DNA of 64,000 bases from Octopus vulgaris (taxonomy: Eukaryota), in NCBI GenBank assembly GCA_951406725.2, contig OX597821.1, forward strand, positions 17,298,001 to 17,362,000. The letters are read 5' to 3'. The notes below the pieces were generated by a model. That model saw only the letters and a list, made by a program, of their open reading frames with translations, was not told the DNA's origin and did no database searches. Positions within the stretch are counted from its first letter, which is position 1, and each line of letters opens with the position of its first letter. Below are positions 41,865 to 56,600 of this stretch, one piece after another. Made by a program: the position numbers and the translations under genes.

Positions 41865-41992
41865 TTTCTACTCTAGGCACAAGGTCCGAAATTTGGGAGG
41901 GAAGAGGCAGTCGATTAGATCGACTCCAGTACGCAACTGGTACTTAATTTATCGACCCCGAAAGGATAAAAGGCAAAGTCTACCTCGGCGGA
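41865..41992 (-). mobile_element. SINE family B fragment
   Basis: TACTTAATTTATCGACCCCGAAAGGAT.AAAGGCAAAGTC matches the family B core. Confidence 0.8.
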
Positions 41993-42107
41993 AATCTTCA
42001 ATTATATTGTTTCCTTATGATCTTCATCGCCGAGTATGAGAAAACCACTGAATGCGTTGAGTTTCTTAAGTAGGGTAAAAAAATTGACTCAGTTATTTTA
42101 TACATAA

Positions 42108-42504
42108 CTAGCAGTATCGCCCGGCGTTGCTCGGGTTTGTAAGGGAAACAACTATATAAGCATTTTTAGAGAGTTATAGCCAAAAAATATTTTTAAAATG
42201 CACTAAAAATGGAAAAAAAAATGATGGTAATTTTTTTTTAAATCATTGATTCATCGTAGACATTTTTAGAGAGTTACTTCCCTTATATAATAGCGAAAAA
42301 ATGCATTAAAATGGAAAAAATGATGGTAAATTATTTTTAAAATCGTAGACTCATCGTAGACGCGCGCTAATACCCAGAAGGGCTCGATATGAATCACGAC
42401 TATGAGATACCCGTTTTTGGTTACACTGCACCGCAAAATGTGGGAGTAGTTAGAAATCTAAATCGTAGGAGACAGAAACACAACTTGACTTTTATATATA
42501 AAGA
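42108..42504 (-). mobile_element. Non-autonomous Helitron
   Basis: Minus strand 5' TC, 3' hairpin CCCGAGCAACGCCGGG then CTAG; inserted between A and T with no TSD. Homologous to 60091-60779. Confidence 0.9.
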
Positions 42505-42690
42505 TTTTACTATGCTCCTAAAATATGCAGTTTTCTTAATTGCGGTATCTTTTTATATAATGCTTCTAAAACATTTTACATGAAAACCTAGTATTCAGTT
42601 ACATTTCGATACAAACAAGGTGCCATGCAGTGGAACTAAAGTGAATCCATGTGGTTTGAAAGCAAACTTCTCACCGCTCATCCACGTATG

Positions 42691-42774
<84 letters not shown>

Positions 42775-43508
42775 AAACACTGAGTTTTTATAGCCTATTA
42801 TTTGGAATGTTCTCAAACGAAGAAAGCGGATAAGGAAAGAGCAATGTATGTATTTTGTATAATTATAAGGATATGAGCCTCCCGACAAGTAATTCCTATA
42901 TTTTCCCTTTTAGCTGAAGTTAGCATTGAATAATTTAAGCGATGGATTTGACCTGGCCAAATGGTTGTAATGCACAATAGATTAGAAAATTGAATTACTA
43001 CAAAATCATAAGTCGGGATAATATAAAACAGAAGGGTTTGAAATACGAAACGGCGCCTTCACAAAAATATTTAGTTCTCTTATATCTCGTATTCTGCCTG
43101 ATAACAAAAGCTGGTTTGAATGGCAGCCAACCAATATGAAGTAAGTATTACATTAGAACAATATTTGAAATAAATCATGTATTTTATTGTTGATGTGATT
43201 ATGTTATGCATAAAAGCAGAATTTTGAAGTAGACAGATATTCATTCGCTTTTTATACTTTGAATATTGAAGAGTATTGCTGAAACATGAAGTAATAGGAT
43301 AGTCCGATCTCTTTCGATTAATTTCAAATATAATAGATTTTCATTTTATCTTTTGCCTTTCCTTCAGAATGCTTCTGTTATCTTGGGTTATATTTAACTG
43401 GATCGCTACTGGATATTTTCCAGAATGTTTTAACTCTTTCCAGGAACACTGGAAATATTTCGTTTAACAGTTTTGAAAAAAAGAACAAATAGCATTTAAA
43501 TTTTAAAA

Positions 43509-43798
43509 CAGTATTTTCCAACCTATTTTCTCCCAGCTCCCACTGTAGCTTTCCAGAAAAATGTATGCCCCACCAGTGGTTGGAAAAAAATCAACTTTAT
43601 TCTTAATATTTTATCAAAATTATTTAACAAAAGAATCTACTGGTTACTCTTTTATAAAGTATTGAGTACAAAAACATAAGTACATTATTGACTAAGAAAA
43701 CCTATGAAACCTTGTGCTTGACTACTACAGAACCACGCCTCACCACAATTTTCCCAGGTTGCAGTGGCGGGGCGTATGCCCCACGTTGGGAATAACTG
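43509..43798. mobile_element. hAT-type MITE
   Basis: TIRs CAGTATTTTCCAAC / GTTGGGAATAACTG; TSD TTTTAAAA / CTTTAAAA. Confidence 0.7.
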
Positions 43799-44088
43799 CT
43801 TTAAAATATATGAAGTTAGAAATTTTAAAAAATCCAGGTGAAAATGCTAAATTCTTGAAAGAAATTCAATAATATTATTTTTTCAACTGTTTATGTTAAA
43901 TGTGATAAATTGTTTATATAATTTTCAAAAAATAAATCCTTTTAATTGGCAGAGGAGTTAGACTGTCTGAAAGAATCCTTTGCGTTATTGGTTCCGGCTC
44001 CCTGTGATGTGAGTACAAGTACAGCCGCGGTCAGCTTTGGTTGTTAAGCTTTCTAGGTCAATAAATAAAATATCACTACTAGGGTCGA

Positions 44089-44155
<67 letters not shown>

Positions 44156-44334
44156 CTTCTCTCTTTTTCATGCTTACAAACACACATACGTACAAGACGA
44201 CATCGGCAGTATTTAGATAGAAAAATCGAAAAAATGGGCTCCACCGTATTTTCAAAAGGAAAATCCCCATGGCATGTCACAATATTGCCTCTACGCATCC
44301 ATCAGGACCTAAGGACCACGCACTCTCTCTCTCT

Positions 44335-44549
44335 CTCTTTTACTCTTTTACTTGTTTCAGTCATTTGACTGCGGCCATGCTGGAGCACCGCCTTTAGTCG
44401 AGCAACTCGACCTCGGGACTTATTCTTTTGTAAGCCCAGTACTTATTCTATCGGTCTCTTTTGCCGAACCGCTAAGTGACGGGGTCGTAAACACACCAGC
44501 ATCGGTTGTCAAGCAATGCTAGGGCGACAAACACAGACACACAAACACG

Positions 44550-44583
<34 letters not shown>

Positions 44584-44756
44584 CATATATACGACAGGCT
44601 TCTTTCAGTTTTCGTCTACCAAATCCACTCACAAGGCATTGGTCGGCCCGGGGCTATAGCAGAAGACACTTGCCCAAGGTGCCACGCAGTGGGATTGAAC
44701 CCGGAACCATGTGGTTGGTAAGCAAGCTATTTACCACACAGCCACTCCTGCGCCTA
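44335..44756 (-). mobile_element. SINE family A, full length
   Basis: Reverse complement of 40162-40570. Confidence 0.9.
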
Positions 44757-45434
44757 CCACACTACCACACACAACAATATCAATTATGCATATTCTAAAA
44801 TATTCAAGATTTAGGGTTCGTGGTTGAACCTCAAACTTAATTTTCTTTGTATATGGATCTGCAGAAGTTGCAAGAATGGACTTTTGTTATTATGACTTAA
44901 ATTCCTCCAACAACTGGAGATTGTGGCTGGACTTTTAGGTTGAGAGTATCATTGACTATTTGGTGTTTTTATTACGAATTCAAGTTATTTATTTAAATAT
45001 CAAATTTAAAATGTATTTATCGATGAAGTTGAAAATCTGTTTTTTTTTCTTTTACTTGTTTCAATCATTGGAATGCAGCCATACTAAGGGACCCACATGC
45101 AGGGCGTTTTAGTCAAATAAATTAACACCCAGTACTTTTTCATAGTCATGTACTTATGCTATGGGTTTGTTTTGCCTAAGCGCTATGTTGCGGGGTGGAG
45201 ATAAACCGGCACCTGTTGTCAAGCAGGGGCGGTAGACGAACACTAATACACACACAAACATGTGTGCGTGTGTGCCTAATATATTATATATATATATATA
45301 AGTTTATGAAAGAATGGAGTTGAACGACTTGTTAACAAATTTCCTTTATTTTCGACATAAGTTTCGATGTGAATTTGCTACCCAGGTATCGGTTATCTTT
45401 CGAATTATCCTTAATAAGATAATTCATTCAACTA

Positions 45435-45499
<65 letters not shown>

Positions 45500-45739
45500 G
45501 TAGCCATGATAGATCGGTAGCCACTACACACATTTTTTTCTCTCCATGTTTCTCTCCTTGCTTCTTTCTGTGCTCCTTTTGTGGAAGAGCGTAGGCTCGA
45601 GCTTTTTTCAATTCCCGAGCGTTATACTAATACATCTGTTTGTTTTCAACACCACCTGTCTTTGTCTTTTGTTTTTTCGTGAATTCTTCTCGTATTATAT
45701 ATATATGTGTATATAATGTTGTATATATACACACGTACG

Positions 45740-45798
<59 letters not shown>

Positions 45799-46010
45799 GA
45801 TATAAATAATATACATGTCAATATGTGTGTGTGCGTGTATGTATGTATGTGCACATGTATATACATAGCGGTTCGGCAAAAGAGACCGATAGAATAAGTA
45901 CTGGGCTTACAAAGAATAAGTCCCGGGGTCGATTTGCTCGACTAAAGGCGGTGCTCCAGCATGGCTGCAGTCAAATGGCTGAAACAAGTAAAAGAGTAAA
46001 GAGTAAAAGA

Positions 46011-46115
<105 letters not shown>

Positions 46116-46395
46116 CAACAATTGAGGGTAAAATTAATTAATTAATCAATTTTACCAAGTATTCAGTATACAAGGGGACCATTTAAGGCGAATTCAAATT
46201 ATTACATTATATAAAAGGGCTTAGTAAAATAAATTACTTTGCCGCATACTGAACTCATTAGAAATAGCAGCTAAAAAAACTTTTTTAAAACTATCTCCAA
46301 TACTTAAAGAAAATCTCTCTCGTATAGTGTTTGCTCAATTCAACTCACGAAAGTATGAGGGTAGAGACATTAAAAAATCAAATGCAAAGGTTATT

Positions 46396-46448
46396 TGAGA
46401 ACGTACGTTTCAAGATTAGTCAAAATCGACACTTCTATCATCAGCTCA
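46396..46448 (-). ncRNA. Minimal type I hammerhead ribozyme motif
   Basis: Reverse complement of 47061-47113. Confidence 0.75.
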
Positions 46449-47060
46449 GAACTCCCTGGTTTGGATTTGAAAACACTGAAAGCGGGAGCATACCCTTTCG
46501 GCCTGTTATCGCTTCTGAAGATCTGTTCAAAACTAACAGTGTTAGCAAATTCAAATATGCAAACGAAGAATTTCTGCTCTCCCCTTTCCACCAGCGTGGG
46601 TTAAAATCAGCAAACATTTTTTCGGTAAAATCCGAGGCATTATATAGAGAGAGATGAATTATAATTTCAACAATTGAGGGTAAAATTAATTAATTAATCA
46701 ATTTCACGGTATGCGGCAAAGTAATTTATTTTACTAAGCCCTTTTATATAATGTAATAATTTGAATTCGCCTTAAATGGTCCCCTTGTATACTGAATACT
46801 TGGTGAAATTGATTAATTAATTAATTTTACCCTCAATTGTTGAAATTATAATTCATCTCTCTCTATATAATGCCTCGGATTTTACCGAAAAAATGTTTGC
46901 TGATTTTAACCCACGCTGGTGGAAAGGGAGAGCAGAAATTCTTCGTTTGCATATTTGAATTTGCTAACACTGTTAGTTTTGAACAGATCTTCAGAAGCGA
47001 TAACAGGCCGAAAGGGTATGCTCCCGCTTTCAGTGTTTTCAAATCCAAACCAGGGAGTTC

Positions 47061-47113
47061 TGAGCTGATGATAGAAGTGTCGATTTTGACTAATCTTGAA
47101 ACGTACGTTCTCA
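47061..47113 (+). ncRNA. Minimal type I hammerhead ribozyme motif
   Basis: TGAG-CTGATGA-T-AGA.GTGTC(gatttt)GAC..TCT-T-GAAA-CGTACG-TT-CTCA. Palindromic stem III ACGTACGT; U-U mismatch at the base of stem II. Confidence 0.75.
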
Positions 47114-47296
47114 AATAACCTTTGCATTTGATTTTTTAATGTCTCTACCCTCATACTTTCGTGAGTTGAATTGAGCAAACACTATACGAGAGAGATTTTC
47201 TTTAAGTATTGGAGATAGTTTTAAAAAAGTTTTTTTAGCTGCTATTTCTAATGAGTTCAGTATGCGGCAAAGTAATTTATTTTACTAAGCCCTTTT

Positions 47297-47349
<53 letters not shown>

Positions 47350-50300
47350 TGACTGGCTTCTTTCAGTTTCTGTCAAACAAGTACACTCACAGGGCTTTGG
47401 TTAGTTCGAGCTAAGTGTAGAGGTCACTTGTCTAAGGAACTGAACCCGAAACAATGTGATAGGAAAGTAAACCTCTCACCTTACAGTCTTGTTCAACTAT
47501 TCAATATTCAAAATTTCCAACTCTAACGGTAACTAGCAAAATGTATAAACACTTTCTTTGCCTGGTAATTATGGTGATATACCTAAACTGCTACTTAGTT
47601 TGACACAGCTATCTAGCTTTTGGGTAACTGGTAGAAACTATTTAGGAATATTCGAAGCAATCTTCAGTTTGAGAATAACCCTTGAATTACGATTTATTCA
47701 TCGTTTACCTTCTCCCATTCTTTGGGGTCTTGGAATATAAGAATATAGATTTTATCCTTCCCCTACAGACAGAAAATAGCCAAAACGTTACAATGTCTTT
47801 ATCTTATCAGCATCAAAACTTGTAAATTCTCTATAGATAGCAAGAGTAGAGTTTTAAAAGAAATGAGTCTACAGCTTCCATTTTCTTAGTGTAGGACTCG
47901 TTGTTATAAGAAAGATAAGAAAAGTAATCAAAATCCAATGATATTTCATATAATCAATATACACTAACTGGTAGTCAATTTATGTTCAACGAAATAGCAT
48001 AAAAAATAACGAATAAAATTATATCGAGAGACAAAAATATCCCTCCATTTGATGTTTTTCAAAAAGCAATATTAAGAAGGTCAAAGATGTAAACTCCGTT
48101 TTAAAACGATAAGTATTAAATCATTAAACCAGCTATATATTTAAACTGTTTAATCACGGAAAAAGTATCCACGATAAAGAAACGATTTTGCGAATACAAA
48201 GAGTTCAAAGAATGGTACAAATTTTATCCAAGTGAGACACGAGTAAAAGGAAGGGAAAACAAAATAAAGAACAAAAAAACGCAAAAAATTTTACAAAGTC
48301 AATGTAATTGTTTGTGGAGGGAAGAAAAAGAAGAATTAACGATCAGATAAATCTTCTTTATCAAAATAGATGTAAAGGGGAAATGAACCAAATATGTTAT
48401 AGAGAAAAATCACATTGTTGGATCAGATATAATAGTAAAACAGATATGAGATGAGTGGAGTGAAGAAGTTGTTTTTCAGCAGAAAAAAAGAGGGCGTACA
48501 CTAAGGGATATAAATGTCACGATCATGGGATTCAGACACGTAATTTTCTCGGTCACCATCACATATTCTTAGAAATTTATAAACCTATCTTTACCACAAT
48601 GCGTTCTTGCAACCTGTATTACCTTCTTTAAGTACTGCCTCAACCATAACCGTACCTTTGTGGTTTCCGTCAGTTTCAAACGCGCCAGCTACTTTGCTTC
48701 TTTCATTGAGCCTAATGGTGCTCGTTATTCCCAAATATACAGGCTCGTCATCATTTAATTCACTTGTTCACATCTCCCTGCATTGAACTACGATATTTAC
48801 TACTCCCGGCTCCTTTTCTCTACCTACTTATTGCCCACTCCATAGCATATCTATTTCAATAATTCACCTATTGCCTATCGCGCTTTATACGCATCAGTTT
48901 AACCAAATCTTGTTCCACTTCGCCCTGTACACGAAAACCCATCAACTCCACCAATTCACAAAGCTAATTTTCGCTGCCCCTAATATCCATAGACCTATCA
49001 CACCTCTATACATATCTGTGACTATTCTTTAACTTTTCACTCTCCAACGCAGAGCATTTTATCCTTAATATATGTCCCCCCTTTCAAACCCTTCCGCACA
49101 CCACCTCTCTCTGTGAGCGAATTCCAGAACTAAACTGACACTAACCGGTTCCTTGGTGGCCAGTGCATATGCTTCCTAAAAGGTGAAGCCTTAACTCTGA
49201 TTTCGCTATAAATTGCTTTATTCCCATATCTCTTAAATAAGTCATGGGAAAACAGAGGCCCACCGGACTTTCTGAATAGCACGCCTAACGAAAATTTATC
49301 TTGAATTTCTCTTAGTAATGCGGCCCGCTTGATAATGAACCTCGTCTCATTTGGCCTATTTATTTCCCATAACCAGACCCTTAAAGTTAACAGCTAAAGT
49401 CACCCATCATCTTCCCATGTAACCATGTAACGATCCCACCGAACTAACATTCAGATAACTCAACCAGCTACTTTCGTTTCTGGTAGAGGTTCTCCTATTG
49501 CACAGCCATAGCACAGATCATAGCCTCTGTCTCTTTAACTCCTATTTTTTCGACCCAATCAAACTGTTTTGTGAGATTTTATTTTTATTTTTGGCACCTA
49601 AATTCACAAAATGGTTGACTACAAATCTGTTTGAATTAATAACGACGATAACACGCAATGGCTGACATATTTTTTGCAACGATATTTACTCATGTAGCGT
49701 CTGTATACGTATACCTGCGTATGTATGCATACGTATGCATGTGTTTGTGTATGAGCGTTCGTGCGTCTGACTGAGAGAGGGGAGAGAGAGACAAGGAGGG
49801 GGGGGAGAAATAGTAAAACGATATATCAGCAACCGAATGTAGAAAGAACAAAGAATGAGTGAATGAAGTTCTTCTATGAAAAAAAAAGAGTGTAAAAGGG
49901 GGGTAAAGAAACAACACTCTCGAACATGTCTCCTGAAAATCTTGCTGTCCAATATTACTCAATGTAACAATCTCGTAATCTGGGGAATTTCAAATACATT
50001 TTTAAAAATCTTTTTGCCCAAAGGAAACAACAAAAATAATTATACCAGCAACACTGACTAATATCACTGCCACTACGATAGCGGCAACAATAAACAAACT
50101 AGAAAAATCTCTTAGTAGCAAAGATTATTCTGATACAATCAAACATCTCTAAGTTGCTCTTTTATAGATTACAATTTCATTGCTGCCAGAATGTTTACTA
50201 AAAGTTTGAACGGAATCAACTTGATTCGATCTACCTCACAACAAACATTCATTGCACATAAATCACTACATTTAGCCTCATTATATTCCTATATATATAT

Positions 50301-50689
50301 GTTGATTGGCTTAGTTTCGGAATGCTGTTATTGCTGTTGTTTTTTTGTTGTTTTTTGTGAAGGTGTTGGTGGTGTTCTCGTTGTTGTTGATAGTGGTTTG
50401 GATGGTGGTTGAAGTGGTAGTATAATGATGCCTTGTGTTATTGTAATGGTGGTGATAGTGGTGTAGATGAACGTTTTGTTGTTGTCGTTGTCGTTGTTGT
50501 TGTTGTTGTTTTTGTTGCTGTTGTTATCGTCGTTGTTCTTGCTGTTCTGGTCTAGAGTGGTTGATTTCCCGTTGTGTCTCACAGAAAAACATCTTTTTAT
50601 TTGATTTCTCGAACAATATATCAAAAGTGTGAAACAGTGGCCAGATAACATGTGTATATGTGTACATGAGGAGGCAGGATGGCCTCTGT

Positions 50690-50929
50690 GTGTATGTGTT
50701 TGCGTACATGTGTGAGCTTGTTTTTGTTTCGGTTCAAGTACATGTGAATGTGTGTCAGAGTACCTGTGTGTGTACGCGCGTGCATGCGTGTGTGCGTGTG
50801 TCTGAGTGTGAGTGTGTGTGTGTGTGCGTATGTGTCTGTGTGTTTTTCTGTTCAGGTATATGTATAGTATGTTTTTCTGTCTAATTGTGTGCACGTCAGT
50901 ATGTGTGTGTGTGCGTGTGTGTGTGTGTA

Positions 50930-50974
<45 letters not shown>

Positions 50975-51187
50975 CCGTGAAGGATAAGTGGGAAAGATGT
51001 AAGATTGAGTTAGTAACAATGATGAATAGAATCATGGGGAATGAGATGGAAAATTAGGGAAACGAAAGTGATGGCGAAGACAAGAAAATAATTTTCTAAA
51101 ACATTTTAAACACACACACCTGCAATTAGACAGATAAATATAAAAAAAAAAGATAAACATTAGGCAGACAGAGAGATAGATGGCTAA

Positions 51188-51276
<89 letters not shown>

Positions 51277-51364
51277 TAAACAGAGACAGATAGGTAGGTA
51301 GGTAGGTAGGTAGGTAGATAGATAAATAGATATATAGATAGATAGATAGATAGATAGATAGATG

Positions 51365-51416
<52 letters not shown>

Positions 51417-51980
51417 TTGAATGATATGCAGTTACCATATGTACATATAAATTCACAAACAACGTGTATACGTATGTTTATTTTCACATACACTCGCACG
51501 CACACATACACACACACTGCAGCAAACACACAGACGTGTACACACACACACACATATATATATATAAACACACACGTACACATATATATACACGCACACA
51601 CACGGGCATATATGTATGTATATATACATACACACACACACATTCGTTCATACATGCATTTCTTCATACATGGGCACACACAAGCACAAACGCATACATG
51701 CACATACACACACACACGTGTATACATACATACATACATACATACATACATAAATACATACATACATACATAAATACATACATAAATACAAACATACATA
51801 CATACATACGTACATAGATACATACGTACGTACGTACGTACGTACATACATACATACATTCATACATACATACATACATACATACATACATACATACATA
51901 CATACATACATACATACATACATACATACATACATACATACATACATACACACATACTTTCATATACATATACATATGCA
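50690..51980. repeat. (TG)n, (GATA)n, (CA)n, (TACA)n microsatellites
   Basis: Directly visible. Confidence 0.9.
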
Positions 51981-52639
51981 CACATAAGAAGTAATGTGAA
52001 TTAATTCCACCTATTCTGTAGGAAAACTGATTTAGCCATAAATCAAATATTTTTATGAACGAAAGGTCAGCATGAATTATTTTCTCCAGGATTTATTTTC
52101 TCTTATTATTTCTTTATTCACGGGTCACTTAAAGAATGCACAGCACAAACATATATTTGAAGACAAGGAAAATATCAAGATCAACCATGAATGATAGCAA
52201 AACAAACAAAACTATTTATCTATTTATCTGTTTGTTTACACAATTATTTATTTGTTCATTTATTTATTTATTTATTTATTTATTTATATATTTATTTATT
52301 TATTTATATAAAAACTTGTTTTCAAAATATTAGATGGCATCAATGAAAATTATTAATTAGACATTTTTAATAGATTTTCTTTATATTTCTGGTTCTTTGT
52401 AAACCTTTTTTTATTTACTTTCCTTTTTACTTGTTTCCCTTCTTTCGTTCGAGGGGTTGCATCCATGCTGGAGCAGCGCCTTCGAGTCTTAGTCGAACAA
52501 ATGAGAGCTTCTCTATCGTACCTTTTTAAATCTCAAGTGTGTGTGCGTGTGTATGTGTGTGTATGTGAATGTGTACGTGTGTGCATGAATACACACACAC
52601 ACACACACACAACACACAAATATGTTTTTCCTTTAATTT

Positions 52640-52889
52640 TTTTCAGTCATTTGACTGCGGCCATGCTGGAACACCGCCTTTAGTCCAGCAAATCGACCCC
52701 AGGGCTTATTCTTTGTAAGCTTATTACTTATTCTATCGGTCTTTCTCGCCGAACCGCTAAGTGACAGGGACGTAAATACAACAGTATCGGTTGTCAAGCA
52801 ATGTTGTGGGGACAAACACACACAGATACACAAACATAACCATGTAGTTGATAAGCAAGTTACTTACCACACAGCCGCTCCTGCGCCTA
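52640..52889 (-). mobile_element. SINE family A, internally deleted variant
   Basis: Same deletion and diagnostic bases as 57462-57730. Confidence 0.85.
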
Positions 52890-53204
52890 TATATATATAT
52901 ATATATATATATAGTGAAGGTGCGTGGTTTAGTGGTTAGGGAATTCGGTTCATGATCGTAATGTCGTGAGTTCAATTTCCGGTGAGACACTTTATTACAC
53001 ATTGCTCCAGTCCACTCAACTGGCAAAACTGAGCTGTACCTGTATTTCAAAGGGCTGGTCTTGTCACGCTGAATCTCCCTGAGAACTACGTTAAGGGTAC
53101 ACATGTCTGTGGAGTCTTCAGCCATTTGCACGTTAATTTCACGAGCAAGCTGCTCCGTTGATCGCATCAGCTGGGACCCTCTTCGTCGTAACCGACGGAG
53201 TGCT

Positions 53205-53260
<56 letters not shown>

Positions 53261-53467
53261 GTTACTGATTTAGTGTCTAAATGCTCCGGATAAATTAATT
53301 GCTATGTAATATTGCACAGTTTTATGAGAAAAGTACAACCAGAAAAAGATTTGCGAGGTTGTAGCGACAGACATCCATTAATATTCTATGCCAGACTATA
53401 AGATTATCATGTGGAGCTAAGACAGTAAAACAGCTTTAAATATGTTACAATATTAATATATATGTCA

Positions 53468-53860
53468 AGGCGACAAGCTGGCAGAAACGTTAGCACCCCG
53501 ACCAAATGGTTAGCAGGATTTCGTCTGTCTTTACGTTCTGAGTTCAAATTCCACCGAGATCGTTCTAATCGACTTGCTCCTTTCCCCAAAATTTCGAGCC
53601 TTGTGCCTAGAGTAGAAAAGAATATTTATATGTATGTCAAGGGTCCAAAATGTATAAGGATTGCGCTTACCTTACAGCTAGAGTAACAAGTTACATACAT
53701 GCAGAATCGTTAGCACACTGGGCAAGATGATTAGCGGCATTTCATCTGCCGCTACGTTCTGAGTTCAAATTCCACCGAGGTCGACTTTACCTGTCATCAT
53801 TTTGAGGTCGATAAAATAGTAAGATAAAATCTCCCCCACCTCGGTAGCAAAAATTTTGAA
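53468..53860 (+). mobile_element. Two SINE family B copies
   Basis: GCTGGCAGAAACGTTAGCAC...TACGTTCTGAGTTCAAATTCC occurs twice. Confidence 0.8.
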
Positions 53861-53862
53861 TA

Positions 53863-53922
<60 letters not shown>

Positions 53923-53975
53923 GTTGTGGTTGTTGTTGTTATCATCATCATCAATATTATTATTATTATTATTAT

Positions 53976-54625
53976 TCAGTAGTTTTATTTTTATAGCGTG
54001 CTTTCACTTCACTACCGAGCGCAGCTCTGTGTGCCTTGGGTATGTGCTGTGATTTGTTGTGATGCTCTGATGGTTATTGTATGGAAAGTGTTCTGCGTAG
54101 GATGTGTGCAGTGCCTAGTAGTGCAATTTTCTGTATGTTATATGTGTTTGTAAGTCCTGGTGTTTTTGTTATGTATTTGTCTGAATATTTTTTTATCATG
54201 CCTAATGCACCTACTATGATAGGAATTGTTTCTGTTTTTAGATTCCACATTCTAGTTACCTCTATTTCCAGGTCTTTGTATTTTGAGAGTTTCTCCATTT
54301 CTTTTAGAGACACGTTGTCATCTGCCGGTATTGATACATCAATTAGAAAGCATTTTTTTCTTCATGATCTCTGACAACTATATCTGGTCTGTTGGCCTTA
54401 ATTTCTCTATCTGTGTGTATCGGCATATCCCAGAGTATGGTTGCTTTCTCGTTTTCTGTGACCTTTTCTGGTGTGTGCCTATACCATCTTTTTTCTGTTG
54501 TTATTCCATAATGTTGGCATAGCTTCCAATGTATGTAGGTTCCAACTCTGTCATGTCTGTGAATATATTCCTTCTTAGCCAGGCCTGGGCAGCTAGAGAT
54601 AATATGATTTATTGTTTCTTGTTTT
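53976..54625 (-). mobile_element. R4/Dong-like LINE 3' fragment
   Basis: ETINHIISSCPGLAKKEYIHRHDRVG...RPDIVV...KLSKYKDL...LGTAHILR. Flanked by (TTA)n. Near-identical to 9979-10484. Confidence 0.9.
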
Positions 54626-54665
54626 ATTATTATTATTATTATTATTATCATCAATATTATTATTA

Positions 54666-54696
<31 letters not shown>

Positions 54697-54721
54697 CATT
54701 TTTTAAAATTATTATCATCAA

Positions 54722-54758
<37 letters not shown>

Positions 54759-54759
54759 G

Positions 54760-55300
54760 AGTGAGACAGCAGTGTATGCCATCAAAGAGACAATGGTGTA
54801 CAAATATATAAATCCCAATATAACCTTTCATGACAAGCCGTCTGATATGGGTACAGCAGGTACATGCATCACAACCATATGTGCACGGCATGGTTTTCTC
54901 ATACCAGGGTAAACCGCGCACGACTTTACAGGTGAGACCCTATTTGAATTTTCTTCAGGTTCAGTAGCGCATCCTGCAACAAAAGGTCCAGAATAAGGTT
55001 TAAGGATGTTGAACAAAAAAACACCGATGTTTCCAGCGGTGAATCATTCAAACCAGAAAGAATTCCTCTCAGTACATGGCCATGTTGCTCCCCCACTACT
55101 CCAATTCGTGATCAGAGATACACAAGGGACATGCTCAATTGATTAAGGCCAAGCAACTGATAAGCAAATCTGTGGTATTGAACAGAATAATTGCTGTAGT
55201 CCATCTTTTATACCAAGACAAAACAATATACGTGATAACGCTTCCAACCTGCTACGATGAGAAGCCATGAGAGCCACTGCCTGGTATTCCATCAAGATGT
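54760..55300 (-). mobile_element. Copy of the (TAA)n-tailed non-autonomous repeat
   Basis: Homologous to 8998-9460 and 11045-11548. Confidence 0.7.
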
Positions 55301-55659
55301 TTATTATTATTAAAGCGGCAAGCTGGTAGAGTCATTAGCGCGCAAAAGAAAATGTATAGCGTCTTTTCTTCTGGCTTTATGCTCTTAGTTCAAATTCTAC
55401 CAAGGCCAGGGTCGATAAATTAAGTGTTGCACTGGAGTCGAAATAATCGAGTAGCTCCCACTACCACATTCGTTTTAGGATTTGTGCCTAGAGTACAAAC
55501 AAAATAGGCGTAGCTGTGGAGTAAGGAGCTTGCTTATCAACCACATGGTTCCGGGTTCAGTCCCACTGTGTGGCACCTTGGGCAAGTGTCTTCTACTATA
55601 GTCCCAGGCAAATCAACCTTGTGAGTGGATTTGGTATACGGAAACTGAAAGAACCCGTC

Positions 55660-55740
<81 letters not shown>

Positions 55741-55948
55741 AATGTATGTATGTATGTATATATACATAGCTAAAAGAAAAAAAGAAAATGGAGATAAGGA
55801 AGTTAACAATTATTTATTATTAACAAATTGCTCATCTTCGCTTCTTACAGCCGTTTCAATTAATGCTCAATAAATATAAGTACAAATTTGTACATTAAAT
55901 TTGCATTTATATGAAATGAGCATAAAAAAAGATGTACCTTGAGATGTT

Positions 55949-56600
55949 ATAGCTTGCTTCCCAACCACATGGTTCCGGGTTCATTCCCACTGTGTGGCAC
56001 CTTGGGCAAGTGTCTTCTACTATAGACTCGGGCCGACCAAAGCCTTGTGAGTCCATTTGGTAGACGGAAACTGAAAGAAGCCCGTCGTATATATGTATAT
56101 GTGTATATATATGTGTGTGTGTGTGTGTGTTTGTGCCTGTCCCCCAACATCGCTTGACAACCGATGCTGGTGTGTTTACGTCCCCGTAACTTAGCGGTTC
56201 GGCAAAAGAGACCGATAGAATAAGTACTAGGCTTACAAAGAATAAGTCCTAGGATCGATTTCCTCGACTAAAGGCGGTGCTCCAGCATGGCCGCCCTCAA
56301 ATGACTGAAACAAGTAAAAGAGTAAAAGACTAAAGAGTATACACACGCACATACACTCTCACACACACACACACACACACACACGCATATATACTTGTGT
56401 CTGTGTCTGTGTCTGTACCCCCACCATCGCTTGACAACCGATGTTGGTGTGTTTTCATCCCTTAACTTAGCGGCTAGGCAAAAGAGACCGTTAGAGTAAG
56501 CAGTAAGCTTACAAACAACAAGTCCTGGGGTCGATTTGTTCGGCTAAAACCCCTTAAGGTGGTGCTCCAGCATGGCCGCAATCAGATGATTGAAACATAT
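55949..56600 (+). mobile_element. SINE family A copy plus a second 3' body
   Basis: Canonical body at 55949-56338; diverged repeat of the 3' body at 56400-56600. Confidence 0.85.

Noticed and set aside
43030-43470. GTAAGT donor at 43141 and acceptor at 43368 joining into a short open frame
   Set aside because: No start codon or homology support; cannot be distinguished from chance or a lncRNA.
45310-45435. Half hammerhead (minus strand GAAA-CTTATG-TC) in a small fold-back
   Set aside because: No CUGANGA-type core is present.
46331-47178. Duplicated short ORFs in the palindrome; likewise 13460-13711 and 14946-15197
   Set aside because: Duplicated only because the DNA is an inverted repeat; no GIY-YIG or RT motifs.
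48540-49560. Strand-biased, higher-complexity stretch, possibly an ancient TE
   Set aside because: No ORF or motif could be recognised.
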